64,000 nucleotides of DNA, from the sequence record ON287375.1; one strand, 5' to 3'. Under the pieces are notes generated by a model, which saw nothing but the letters and a program-made list of their open reading frames with translations, did not search any database and had not been told where the DNA came from. Every line of letters begins with the position of its first letter. The first letter of the stretch is position 1. Below, in pieces: positions 7,762 to 17,129 of the stretch. A program made the position numbers and the translations under genes.

Positions 7762-8326
7762 ACCCATGTACTTTATCGAAATCCGTTTTGGTCAGATCAT
7801 TAAAGAACGCCTAGCTCGTACTGATCGTACTATTACGTCATTAGCTAATGCCTTGTGTCTGAGTGAGAGTGCGATCAACGAAGTTTTTAACGGTGAGTGT
7901 AGCATTGGTAAATACTTTACATTCGGACAGTTTGATCGTTTCTTCCAAACCAAAATTGGTTACTTTGCTAGCGTGTATGAGAATTGCAAGGTAATGATAT
8001 TGAAAGAGGTTCAAGATATCCCACTTGAACCTGAATACATTCAGGTTCCATTCGACCTCATTCTGGATGCTTGTCATCTTGTTCATGAGATGTACCGTAT
8101 TAAAGATCGCTTGGGTAATGGTTGTAACCGAGTGTTTGAAAATAAAGAAACCGGCCAATCAGTCAGTGTTAGTTTTTACCGTATGAATGATATCAACGGT
8201 AATGACGATTTCGCTAAAGTTAAGTATGGTGAATTCGAAATCAACTATAAGGCCGGAATGGTCCGCCTTTCCAACTATAAACTTATGGCATCTTACTTTG
8301 CCTACCATTTAGGAAAATCAGAATGA
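7754..8326 (+). CDS. XRE/HigA-like HTH protein with an unrelated C-terminal domain
   Basis: GQIIKERLARTDRTITSLANALCLSESAINEVFNGECSI...FDRFFQTKIGYF follows the recalled HigA pattern (GE.L.E......S...LA.ALGVS...INEI.NG...I......LA.FFGT...FW). Confidence 0.7.
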   Translation: MIKPMYFIEIRFGQIIKERLARTDRTITSLANALCLSESAINEVFNGECSIGKYFTFGQFDRFFQTKIGYFASVYENCKVMILKEVQDIPLEPEYIQVPFDLILDACHLVHEMYRIKDRLGNGCNRVFENKETGQSVSVSFYRMNDINGNDDFAKVKYGEFEINYKAGMVRLSNYKLMASYFAYHLGKSE

Positions 8327-8694
8327 AAACCGTAACTATCTCACTTGAATTACTTCAGCGTTTAGTTGATGCAGCTTATGACTTTCACCCAGCTAACCCA
8401 GCGGCAGATGAAGGTCAGGAAATTATCAATAAAGCAACAGCAAGTAAAGCTGAAACCTTCAATGATAAATTCTTAGAAGAAGTTATTGTTGGCGAACGTC
8501 ACCGGCAGTTAGAGATCGTTCGCAATTGGTCTGAACAAAACGGTGTGGTATTAACAGCTAAACCTGCTGAAGGGTTTATGGTGGTCCCCACTAAGTTAGC
8601 TCGCGACGTCGTAGATCATATCTCTGCAGGTCATGATCATTGCGATGAGTCTTTAGAATTACTTAACTTGGTTAAGGTAGCGGAAGGTAATTAA
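8323..8694 (+). CDS. Hypothetical protein, 123 aa
   Basis: ATGA overlap with the upstream gene. Confidence 0.85.
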   Translation: MKTVTISLELLQRLVDAAYDFHPANPAADEGQEIINKATASKAETFNDKFLEEVIVGERHRQLEIVRNWSEQNGVVLTAKPAEGFMVVPTKLARDVVDHISAGHDHCDESLELLNLVKVAEGN

Positions 8695-8695
8695 A

Positions 8696-9085
8696 ATGAG
8701 TATCACTATTTCTTTATTGATATCACTCTTAATCGGCTTTGGTTGTGGGTGTATAACCAAAGCTCTTTTGACCAAAAGAAAGGAACGTAAAGAAGAAGTT
8801 CAGCGAACAAAAGAACTTCTTAAAGAAACGGAACTTCCACCCAAAGCGTTACTGAACTCAATTGGCGTTCATCTTTATGCAGTGTGTTCCATCAAACAAC
8901 TTAGGACATATGACGAGTGCCTTGAGTTTATTGAAGAACAACTCAATTGGTACCTACCTTTAGCTAAGGAGTTAACCTGGACAACCCACAATGCTGGGTT
9001 TAATAAGCTAGAGGTTATCGTCAAGTATAAAGGCGCAACCATGAAAGTGGAAATTGAACTCACTAAATCTAAAAGGAATATCTAA
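8696..9085 (+). CDS. Bitopic membrane protein, 129 aa
   Basis: N-terminal ITISLLISLLIGFGCGCI then KRKERK. Confidence 0.85.
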   Translation: MSITISLLISLLIGFGCGCITKALLTKRKERKEEVQRTKELLKETELPPKALLNSIGVHLYAVCSIKQLRTYDECLEFIEEQLNWYLPLAKELTWTTHNAGFNKLEVIVKYKGATMKVEIELTKSKRNI

Positions 9086-9086
9086 C

Positions 9087-9443
9087 ATGGCTCATTATTT
9101 AGAGATCGACCTGGTTCCTAAAGAACTAGTAGGTGAAAAGAAAAGCATCGGTTATTGTGATCTTGAATCCAAAGACATTCGAGGGGTATTTTCAGAACCC
9201 CGCACCACTGATCATAACGATGTTCTTCGTGGGATCTTTAAAGCTGATTGGGACGACTGTGATTATTATGTACTCACACCGGCATTGGTAGATGAGATCA
9301 TTGCTAAATTCAGCAAAATGGATCTTGAAGATCTGTTTATTGAAACCGATAAGCATGATCGCATCATGAAAGCAATGCGGGCTGTTCAGGATAACATCGA
9401 ACCTAACTCAGAAGTCTGTTATGTAATTAGCTGGAGTAAATAG
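9087..9443 (+). CDS. Acidic hypothetical protein, about 118 aa
   Basis: Start moved to ATG 9087 (RBS AAGGAA). Confidence 0.85.
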   Translation: MAHYLEIDLVPKELVGEKKSIGYCDLESKDIRGVFSEPRTTDHNDVLRGIFKADWDDCDYYVLTPALVDEIIAKFSKMDLEDLFIETDKHDRIMKAMRAVQDNIEPNSEVCYVISWSK

Positions 9444-9799
9444 TGAGAACTTTAGAATCTTTCCGTGACGAGTTGTGTGAACTCACTGCACATGCTCTCG
9501 ACAACCTGGTTATCCAAAACAAGCCAGAGTTTCAAACCGTTCAGAAACATAATGGCGGTGGTCCTGATAACCACGCGCCAACTGAAGTGACCTTTACTCG
9601 TGAAGGGCCTTTAGAAATTATCACCATTCCTTTCTATGGTAAGGAAGTTAAACTACGCTTTAAGTTTGGTTATCCTCGTGACACTATCCCACAAGGCGTA
9701 CTCGATCGTTTCAAAGATAACCGTGATAATAACGTGAAGAATATTGCAATAATGTTTAACCACGTTATCCATGAAGTGTTTGAAACACAACCTAAATAA
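9443..9799 (+). CDS. Hypothetical protein, 118 aa
   Basis: GTG start overlapping the upstream TAG; RBS GGAG. Confidence 0.85.
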   Translation: MRTLESFRDELCELTAHALDNLVIQNKPEFQTVQKHNGGGPDNHAPTEVTFTREGPLEIITIPFYGKEVKLRFKFGYPRDTIPQGVLDRFKDNRDNNVKNIAIMFNHVIHEVFETQPK

Positions 9800-9832
9800 C
9801 ACCATCTGACTAAACTGTATAAGGAAACGTAA

Positions 9833-10168
9833 GTGGAAACTAAAGCTGGAAACCGTTCTGTATCTAAAGGTATTCTGAAAGCTGCTATTCGTGATGGGAT
9901 GTTGGAAGTTTATAAATCCAACCAACCAGTTGAACCTGAACTGGAAGTGGATACTATCCTGGGTAAGATGCGCTTTAAAACTCGCCCTACCTCCCCAGAT
10001 GAAGTCACTATCATTTATCTTAACGGTCACCGCCTTTACAAGATTTTGGTAGATTGCCGTCAGTCCCGTGATCGTATCGAATTCGCTCAACACATCGAAG
10101 AAAAACTCAGTCGTGAGTCCTTCGATCGTCAGTGCGACAAAGTTCTTGCTTATCCAGTTACCAAATAA
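9833..10168 (+). CDS. Hypothetical protein, 111 aa
   Basis: GTG start with RBS TAAGGAA; terminator 10174-10207 follows. Confidence 0.85.
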   Translation: METKAGNRSVSKGILKAAIRDGMLEVYKSNQPVEPELEVDTILGKMRFKTRPTSPDEVTIIYLNGHRLYKILVDCRQSRDRIEFAQHIEEKLSRESFDRQCDKVLAYPVTK

Positions 10169-10173
10169 CAACT

Positions 10174-10250
10174 AACCACTGCCCCCAAATGGAGGCAGTG
10201 GTTTTTATGTTGCATATGTTTTTGAATAGATATTATTCAAGTGAATGTAA
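10174..10250 (+). promoter_or_regulatory. Terminator plus early promoter cassette
   Basis: Hairpin AACCACTGCC/GGCAGTGGTT with T-run, then TTTTGAATAGATATTATTCAAGTG. A similar cassette lies at 55802-55893. Confidence 0.65.
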
Positions 10251-10276
10251 TAACATTAATTTTAAAGGAGTTCAAA

Positions 10277-10888
10277 ATGACTTTAATCAATAAAACTTTC
10301 GCACAACAGGCCAAAGACCAGGTAATTGAACATCTGGCCAAACAACTGGCTGGTAAAGCTAACAGCAATTTCTTTAACCTGAAAGATTCCAATATCGGAG
10401 TCAATATCCGCACTACTGCTAACTCTCATACTAAACTGACTAAGTATGAGATTTATGTAGCTAACCAGATGGTGGGGTCTGGTACTGTTAGGTTTGATAC
10501 TAAAATCATTCTTGATAAATCCCTGGCTGATACCTTAGCTGAAAATATCTTTGCTGTACTTCTCACCTATATCTCCAAAGAGTCCGGTGCCATTGAAGCA
10601 GTTGATAACATGCTTCGTGGTGTTACTACTTCTAATGAAGTTGAACATCCTTATGGAATTAATATCAAATTCCACACTGATGACGACCATCAGGTAATGA
10701 TGCTGACTAAAGGTAAAGAAGTTCTTTATGCTTTAGAAGAAGCAGTGAATCTTGATCAAGGTATCGGCACTGATCTGTTCACTCCGATTGAACAACTGAA
10801 AGGCCGTATTGGTAAAGTTCTCCGTCACTATTCTGAACGAGAAGACTTTGCTGTAGAATATGAATTCGAACCTACTACCCAATTTTAA
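10277..10888 (+). CDS. Early paralog-family protein (with 10903 and 55936)
   Basis: Start moved to ATG 10277 (RBS AAGGAG). Two-domain helix/beta pattern shared with its paralogs. Confidence 0.85.
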   Translation: MTLINKTFAQQAKDQVIEHLAKQLAGKANSNFFNLKDSNIGVNIRTTANSHTKLTKYEIYVANQMVGSGTVRFDTKIILDKSLADTLAENIFAVLLTYISKESGAIEAVDNMLRGVTTSNEVEHPYGINIKFHTDDDHQVMMLTKGKEVLYALEEAVNLDQGIGTDLFTPIEQLKGRIGKVLRHYSEREDFAVEYEFEPTTQF

Positions 10889-10902
10889 TTTAAGGAAATA
10901 AA

Positions 10903-11535
10903 ATGATTGTTAATAAAGAGTGCCTGCGTAAGCTGGCAGAGTTGACTATCTCTCGTTTAATTATTGATGGAACTCAGATTGCTTGGTCTGGCGATTACCA
11001 GATCAATTTGCTGGACGGTAATATTGATATCCTAATTGATGTCAAGTTATCTGAAGTTGGTGACTACGGTGTCCGTTTAGCACTTAACCACACCGGGACC
11101 ACTATCGGAACAATCGTCATTAAAGATTGCCGGATGTTCAGCCGAGATGCACTGAAGGTTGAACTTTCTAAGTGGCGTGAACAAACTCAGAAATATCTGA
11201 TTAATAACTTTGCCAAATGGCTGGTTAATCGTCATATCAAAAATGACCTGAATGTGAAACACTGGATCTGTGCTGCATCTACCGATGACCTAATCGGTTC
11301 AATGTTCCTTTCCGGTCTTCGCTTCAAAGCTAAGGTGAGATCGAATACTGCATGGTTCCAAGTTGAAGAAAACGATGTGGTACTCTACAGAGTAGAACGT
11401 TCCAATTTCCTGAACATGACAACTGAGCAAGGTTGGCAGGGAATGAACATCAACACAGTAACTGCTGAACTGGGCCGAGTACTTGTGACCTTACTTGCTC
11501 AGCGTGAAGGTTTTCTTATTCCGGTCGTTATGTAA
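10903..11535 (+). CDS. Early paralog-family protein, 210 aa
   Basis: MIVNKE start; VVLYRVE and LGRVL..REGF parallel EVLYALE and IGKVL..REDF in the upstream gene. Confidence 0.85.
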   Translation: MIVNKECLRKLAELTISRLIIDGTQIAWSGDYQINLLDGNIDILIDVKLSEVGDYGVRLALNHTGTTIGTIVIKDCRMFSRDALKVELSKWREQTQKYLINNFAKWLVNRHIKNDLNVKHWICAASTDDLIGSMFLSGLRFKAKVRSNTAWFQVEENDVVLYRVERSNFLNMTTEQGWQGMNINTVTAELGRVLVTLLAQREGFLIPVVM

Positions 11536-11855
11536 TGGCTATACCTAAGAAACATCTCCCAAGGGTTACTAAATTCGTCGAGATTGTTTTGGGTATGGTA
11601 GTAAGAGAAGAATTGGCTCATTGCTTTTATAAGCGCGGGCCCTTAGATTCCAATTACGTATTGGTTATCAGTAACAACGTTCTTCTCCCTCCCTATAACG
11701 ACGATCGTATTGAGTTCTTTGCCCAAGTTAATGATAAGAAGGTTGGTCCTTTCACAATCACTGGCGAAGACTTAGCTAAACATAATCTTGATCCTAAACT
11801 GGTTAAAGAAGTTGTAGATGGGATCATGAAAATTCGCATTAAGGAAATGAAATGA
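11535..11855 (+). CDS. Hypothetical protein, 106 aa
   Basis: TAATG coupling with the upstream gene. Confidence 0.85.
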   Translation: MAIPKKHLPRVTKFVEIVLGMVVREELAHCFYKRGPLDSNYVLVISNNVLLPPYNDDRIEFFAQVNDKKVGPFTITGEDLAKHNLDPKLVKEVVDGIMKIRIKEMK

Positions 11856-12568
11856 AACTAACAGTTAAAGCTTTGATGAAGATGGAAGATACCTTCATCA
11901 ACATGGTTCGTGATGTTGCCAATGAAATGATTGAACTCGGACGAAGCGATGACCAGAGCGATGTTAAACGCCACACCATCAGTTTCGATAAAGCCGGTGA
12001 AATTAACATCGATTTCTACATCTCCAACAATCCCCTGCACCGAATGCTGTCGGTTGAAATGGCAGCTGATGTAAGGGCATGTGTTCACATCCCTTATCGT
12101 GGTCCTTACTTATTCACTATCGGTGAGAAAGAAATTGAATCCGGTAAGGTAGAACATGCCGAAGTAGTTGACTGTGCTAAACGCTTGATGCGTGAATATG
12201 CTTTAGGCATGGCATGTTACTGGATGGAAGAAACGGGTGATTTGAAACGAGCCCTTGAATATATGGATAACGATGATCCAACCTCCATCAGAGAAATGAT
12301 GGACGGAATGATTGATATCCATATTAATGATACTGGTTGTTCTATCGCCCTGTTTGAACATAGCGGCAAGCCAATTGCAACTGACGCTAAATTTGATAGT
12401 GTCGGACTAAATGGTGCCAAAAGCAAAGAAGTATACAGACACTTCATTAAAAATCGTCTGAAAACATACATGGCCTTTGGTTGTGCCTTTAGCGGTCACT
12501 ACGATATCTGGTCTGCACCACTCACTAAAACTTTGAAGGAATACAACGATGATCACTCTGCAGAATAA
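11852..12568 (+). CDS. Hypothetical protein, 238 aa
   Basis: ATGA overlap; RBS TAAGGAA. Confidence 0.85.
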   Translation: MKLTVKALMKMEDTFINMVRDVANEMIELGRSDDQSDVKRHTISFDKAGEINIDFYISNNPLHRMLSVEMAADVRACVHIPYRGPYLFTIGEKEIESGKVEHAEVVDCAKRLMREYALGMACYWMEETGDLKRALEYMDNDDPTSIREMMDGMIDIHINDTGCSIALFEHSGKPIATDAKFDSVGLNGAKSKEVYRHFIKNRLKTYMAFGCAFSGHYDIWSAPLTKTLKEYNDDHSAE

Positions 12569-13010
12569 ACTCGCTATCCTGTTCGCCAATGAAACTGATC
12601 GTTCCGATCTGGAAACTGCGAACTTGAGCACCCGCACTAATGCCATCCGTCGCATGTTGCGCGACATGATTACCCAGTCTTCTGCATTGGGTTATGACGA
12701 TTTGGAAGAAGGTGCTGAACTGATTACTGAACAGGAAATGACTTCCGGCGTGCCGGTAACTTTCGATTTACTACAGGTTGATAATCCATTAGTAATCCGG
12801 GCGACAATCCAGCGTTATGGTAATGCGGGTAGCAACTACGTCACTTTGAACATTGAAGTTCTTCTGTCCGAACGTAAGTCCACCTACCTCCAACAGTATT
12901 ACGTAACCAATTTGTTCGTCGAATCGGTATCACTTTCTCGCCTGTGGAAACGTATGGATCGTATTATGAAGGACATCCCTTCACTGGTCGCACCCCTGCT
13001 GGCTAACTAA
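12549..13010 (+). CDS. Hypothetical protein, 153 aa
   Basis: Overlapping start with RBS AAGGAA; hairpin 13017-13036 follows. Confidence 0.85.
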   Translation: MITLQNKLAILFANETDRSDLETANLSTRTNAIRRMLRDMITQSSALGYDDLEEGAELITEQEMTSGVPVTFDLLQVDNPLVIRATIQRYGNAGSNYVTLNIEVLLSERKSTYLQQYYVTNLFVESVSLSRLWKRMDRIMKDIPSLVAPLLAN

Positions 13011-13061
13011 TAAATCTAGGGGAGTTTCCTCCCCTAACTTAAATCAATCAGGAATATAGAA

Positions 13062-13388
13062 ATGAAAATCGCTTCAGAAAAGATTACTCGCACTATCGTT
13101 AAACATGCCAATACCTTCGCTCAGTTTGACTCTAAACTGGGTTCTACTATTTCCCTGATGCTGCGCGATGGTGATACTAATCGTTGCCTGCAATCCAAAC
13201 TCTACGGTTATAACTCTTCTCAAACCGGGATCATTATCGAAGTTCGTATTGACGGTCTGTTGTTAGATCGTGTAACTCTGACCCGTAAACATGCACAGGG
13301 GGATTTTGAACACAAGTACAAAATCGACTATGCTAAACTGTACCACATTGCAGCCAAAGCTCCAAAGAAGGCTCCAGTAGACGAATAA
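13062..13388 (+). CDS. Hypothetical protein, 108 aa
   Basis: RBS CAGGAA. Confidence 0.85.
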   Translation: MKIASEKITRTIVKHANTFAQFDSKLGSTISLMLRDGDTNRCLQSKLYGYNSSQTGIIIEVRIDGLLLDRVTLTRKHAQGDFEHKYKIDYAKLYHIAAKAPKKAPVDE

Positions 13389-13397
13389 GGTTGAGAT

Positions 13398-13856
13398 ATG
13401 CAACGATATGAATTCGCTATTGAGAAGGGTACGCTAGTGGTACACGATCAGGTGACTAATGGATCGTTGCGTATCATTTTCAAACCGTTAGGTAAGCCAG
13501 AAATCAATCCTGCTTTAGAAGCCTGGAATGATTTAGAAACTGCACTTAACTCAGGTAAGTTAATCCTGGGTTTGTTTGGTGTTAACACAATTACCGAACG
13601 TAAGGGCTTTAAGTTAGAAGGTGAGGTCGTGCTGTCATCATCTCACCTTTATGACTGTGAAGTTCGCAATGGTAATTTACACATGGTGTCTTTCAAACAG
13701 AAAGCACTTATCTCAGAATCCACATTGCGATATATGGGTTCTAACAGATTCGGTTTAGTAGCATTTAAAGATTGCTTCTTCAAAACCAACCCTGAGACTG
13801 GTTACTTTAAAAGAACCACCTCTTACTTTAAAAACGAATTAGTGACTGGAGTCTAA
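13398..13856 (+). CDS. Tandem paralog 1, beta-rich C-terminus
   Basis: N-terminal 60 aa align by eye with the 13858 gene. Confidence 0.85.
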   Translation: MQRYEFAIEKGTLVVHDQVTNGSLRIIFKPLGKPEINPALEAWNDLETALNSGKLILGLFGVNTITERKGFKLEGEVVLSSSHLYDCEVRNGNLHMVSFKQKALISESTLRYMGSNRFGLVAFKDCFFKTNPETGYFKRTTSYFKNELVTGV

Positions 13857-13857
13857 A

Positions 13858-14361
13858 ATGAAAAATACCCCTATTGGTCGTTGGAATGTAATCCTTGATG
13901 GTAAACTGATCAAAGTCATTGATCGCCAAACTGGTGGTGAATTGAATATCCACACTACCCACCACGATGACCCAGGCGAGAATGATCTCAATCCGACTAT
14001 CGAGATCATCAATGAACTCTCTGAACAATTGGCCGAACAGCGCCTGATTCTTCAGCTGATCGGTAAAGAAAACAACATCTATGTAACCGGAACTAATATG
14101 GTTCTGGACGGTAGCCTTTCTCTGCATCGCGTTGATCTTGCTAACCCGCACCTTACTGATGTGGAGCTTCGTATTGTGGATACTCGCGAAGCTAAACAAG
14201 TTCGCATGAACAAAACGACCATGTATGAATTCACTTCACCTAAGCTTGAAGGTGAACTTCATATTTCACACTGCCATTACACTGGTGTAGCTAAACCGCG
14301 TGTTACTTCTTCCCGCACTGAGTTCTATCTGAACGAATGCCGTAATGGAGATATGTGGTAA
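13858..14361 (+). CDS. Tandem paralog 2, beta-rich C-terminus
   Basis: VIDRQTGGELNI..LNPTIEIINELSEQL..LILQLIG vs VHDQVTNGSLRI..INPALEAWNDLETAL..LILGLFG. Confidence 0.85.
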   Translation: MKNTPIGRWNVILDGKLIKVIDRQTGGELNIHTTHHDDPGENDLNPTIEIINELSEQLAEQRLILQLIGKENNIYVTGTNMVLDGSLSLHRVDLANPHLTDVELRIVDTREAKQVRMNKTTMYEFTSPKLEGELHISHCHYTGVAKPRVTSSRTEFYLNECRNGDMW

Positions 14362-14687
14362 TGACTAAAGAACTAGAATTTCTAGTTCACTTTACAAAAC
14401 CGCTGATCGAATCCATCCACTCCCATGTTGGGGTGGATGGTTATGTGGTTTGTATGCACAAGCTACCGAACAAAGGCTTGGATCGTAAAGAAAGACTAGA
14501 AAGACATTTCTATGATTTCCTTGATTGGAATGGTTACCAAATAGGTTATTGTTACAACATAATCGAAGGGTTCCCGGTCCGTGTTTTAAATTCGCTTCGT
14601 ATTCTTAAAGATGCTGGTTGCATTAGGGGATACGATATAGATGATAAAGGTATCATCGGTTACTGTGAGGAAGATGAAGATGACTGA
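14361..14687 (+). CDS. Hypothetical protein with acidic tail, about 108 aa
   Basis: ATG 14361 with RBS GGAG; ends EEDEDD. Confidence 0.8.
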   Translation: MTKELEFLVHFTKPLIESIHSHVGVDGYVVCMHKLPNKGLDRKERLERHFYDFLDWNGYQIGYCYNIIEGFPVRVLNSLRILKDAGCIRGYDIDDKGIIGYCEEDEDD

Positions 14688-16557
14688 TACAGCTAAACGT
14701 TTAATTGAAGCAATCCTGAAATTCAAATCTATTTTTACATTCCCCGATCATGGTGGTGAGAATGTAAATCTGGAAGCCATCATCAAAAATTTTGGTTTTG
14801 TTGAAACCGGGTATTTACAAAATAGTGGTTCTTTAAAATGTGATTACGGTTATCTTATAACCCTGATTGATAATGCGATCAAGTCCCGTAATGGTTCAAT
14901 CTTAATTGACATTATTAAAGAAGCCGGTAAGAATGTCAATATATCCCCGCAATACTTAATGGAGCAGTTCGATGAGCTATTCTCAGATGCGGGACTTCAG
15001 TTATTCGAATCAGAAGGTAAACTGTTTGACGTCCCTAGTAAATATCGTACTGGCGAAGGTTGTTCTTCAGGTGAAGAAGCCATAGAGAAAGCAGTCGGGT
15101 GTCTCAAAGATATTCAACTCGGTACTATGACATATGGAACACTCAAACGTAAAGCTAAAATAGTTTACAATATTTTCCATGTATATGCTCATCTTCAGAC
15201 TGAAATCCTGACTAAAGCCTTTACCCCATTATGGGTGAATAACTTCAGAGGTAAAGATTTCTCTACCTTTAAAGAAGCTATCGATAATGCTATTGATGGT
15301 ATCAGAATACTGGCAGCAGAAACTAAATATGCTCGTGAAGAATCACCGTATATTTATTTCCAAGGCACTGCTCATCTCACTGGGCCTTGCGCGGTACACT
15401 CATCTACTGATCCAGATGAGGAGATCGAGTTACTGAAAACTATTATGCTCGATACTTCGATCAAAGGAAACGAAGCTTTTACAAAAGCGATTACCTTTAT
15501 TCATCGTAGTATCTTCCAGAAGGAAATATATACATTCCTTACTGGTGAGTTTGAAGAGAATGAAACGCACTGGACTGTTGATGCACGTCAACGTTCAGAC
15601 TTTGTTCATAACTTAGTCGGACGTTATATGGAACAGCACCGTAAACCATACCCGCCTGAGGTTGAACCAAAGCCACTGACCTCCCGATACAATATGCAAG
15701 ATCGCGATCTTAAACCAACTCAATCTAAGGAAGAAACCATGTCTACTCAACAAGAAATTTTCAAAATCCTGTCCGGTACTAGTAGTCTGAAAGAAATCAT
15801 TGAATTCCTGAAAAACGCTAAATCGGAAGACATTACCCAAGTACAGAAAGTTTGTGGTGATGATGTTAGTATCCAATCTGGACTGATTCATTCCATGATG
15901 GAACGTTATTTCGGCAAAGGCGATTTTGCTGAAGGTCTGGTCGAACGTCTCAAACAAGCTTCTCAACCAGGGACCCCTAAAATCCAGATCTCTGGACCTG
16001 ATGGTGATATGTTATCCCAACTGAAAGAAATGTTTGGTGATGATTGTGTTATTGTTCCTATTTCTCAGGGCGATAATATTTCAGAAGTTCTCGCTAATGT
16101 GATGAAGGAACAACAACCTCAGGTAAAAACCGAGGTCAAATCTGATGAAGTTGAAGCGCGTCGCGCCAAGTGGGGAAAAGCTTTGGGTGTTACCGATCCA
16201 GAGATTCTCGATCTTCTAACGGAAGCTGTTATCAAAGACATTAATAAAGAATCGACCAAGGTGATTAAAACACCAATCAAACATTCACGTCATATGTCTT
16301 TCAATGTTCTTAATAGTAATCGTGAACCTGAAGTTCGGTATACCGGAGTATGGGATGAATCAGTATCCCAATTGGTAGTGTGTTTCCAAACTTTAGACCA
16401 TAAACATCCTAAGCACGCCTTTACTGCCAAATTCCAATCATTCAGTGATGCCGCTACTGCATTCACTGAAATCTCTAAAGGTGTCGGCGTAATGCCAGTC
16501 ATGGATGTTATCGAATTTGCAGTTGGTGCGCTTAACGGTGAGATCTTATCTCGCTAA
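14680..16557 (+). CDS. Large hypothetical protein (about 625 aa) with an internal in-frame start at 15739
   Basis: Long ORF, RBS GAGG. Internal TAAGGAAGAAACC-ATG at 15739. Confidence 0.85.
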   Translation: MTDTAKRLIEAILKFKSIFTFPDHGGENVNLEAIIKNFGFVETGYLQNSGSLKCDYGYLITLIDNAIKSRNGSILIDIIKEAGKNVNISPQYLMEQFDELFSDAGLQLFESEGKLFDVPSKYRTGEGCSSGEEAIEKAVGCLKDIQLGTMTYGTLKRKAKIVYNIFHVYAHLQTEILTKAFTPLWVNNFRGKDFSTFKEAIDNAIDGIRILAAETKYAREESPYIYFQGTAHLTGPCAVHSSTDPDEEIELLKTIMLDTSIKGNEAFTKAITFIHRSIFQKEIYTFLTGEFEENETHWTVDARQRSDFVHNLVGRYMEQHRKPYPPEVEPKPLTSRYNMQDRDLKPTQSKEETMSTQQEIFKILSGTSSLKEIIEFLKNAKSEDITQVQKVCGDDVSIQSGLIHSMMERYFGKGDFAEGLVERLKQASQPGTPKIQISGPDGDMLSQLKEMFGDDCVIVPISQGDNISEVLANVMKEQQPQVKTEVKSDEVEARRAKWGKALGVTDPEILDLLTEAVIKDINKESTKVIKTPIKHSRHMSFNVLNSNREPEVRYTGVWDESVSQLVVCFQTLDHKHPKHAFTAKFQSFSDAATAFTEISKGVGVMPVMDVIEFAVGALNGEILSR

Positions 16558-16575
16558 TTAAAATAAGTAATAATA

Positions 16576-16603
16576 CTCTAGGTACCCAATTGGGTACCTA
16601 GAG
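16576..16603. terminator. Perfect 28-bp palindrome; terminator
   Basis: CTCTAGGTACCCAATTGGGTACCTAGAG, with a T-tract downstream. Confidence 0.7.
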
Positions 16604-16642
16604 GTTACACTTCAATGTTATTTTTTTGGGAAGGGTATAAAA

Positions 16643-16670
16643 TTTCAAACAAATATTATCACCATGTATA
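16643..16670 (+). promoter_or_regulatory. Putative early promoter
   Basis: TTTCAAACAAATATTATCACCATGTATA matches the shared motif. Confidence 0.55.
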
Positions 16671-16688
16671 AAGTGGAGATTTGAATTT

Positions 16689-17129
16689 ATGAGTGTAGAT
16701 ATTGAACCAGTAGTGGATCAAGTATGTGGGGGTGTGAATGTAATCATGCAATCCATCAGGGATAAGATATCTGATCAATTCTTAAACCCATGTGCTTATC
16801 TAAATACATCTATTAAAAATCTTTACATGGTCATTGGTAAAATGCAGATCAATGAACCTGGGCTATTAGCCTATTTTACAATAGGTTTCCAAACTCCCAA
16901 GCATAAACATGTGACGGATGTGATGGAAGTAGCTTATACAAGTACAGGGATTTTCTATAGATTCGGTGGGGTTAGTATTCACACTGTAAATATGGATACT
17001 AATGAAAGCATGTCCACTCAAGAGCAAGTGAACTGGATTAAAATAATCGTTCAGTCTAATGCTGAATTATTAACAGTTCTAAAAGCTAATGAGGAATTAA
17101 ATAATGGGAATAAGAAAAACAGTAAATGA
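16689..17129 (+). CDS. Hypothetical protein, 146 aa
   Basis: RBS GGAG; follows the promoter motif. Confidence 0.85.
   Translation: MSVDIEPVVDQVCGGVNVIMQSIRDKISDQFLNPCAYLNTSIKNLYMVIGKMQINEPGLLAYFTIGFQTPKHKHVTDVMEVAYTSTGIFYRFGGVSIHTVNMDTNESMSTQEQVNWIKIIVQSNAELLTVLKANEELNNGNKKNSK

Noticed and set aside
14570-14660. RILKDAGCIRGY resembles ribosomal protein S8
   Set aside because: Short local resemblance only; the rest of the protein does not fit S8.
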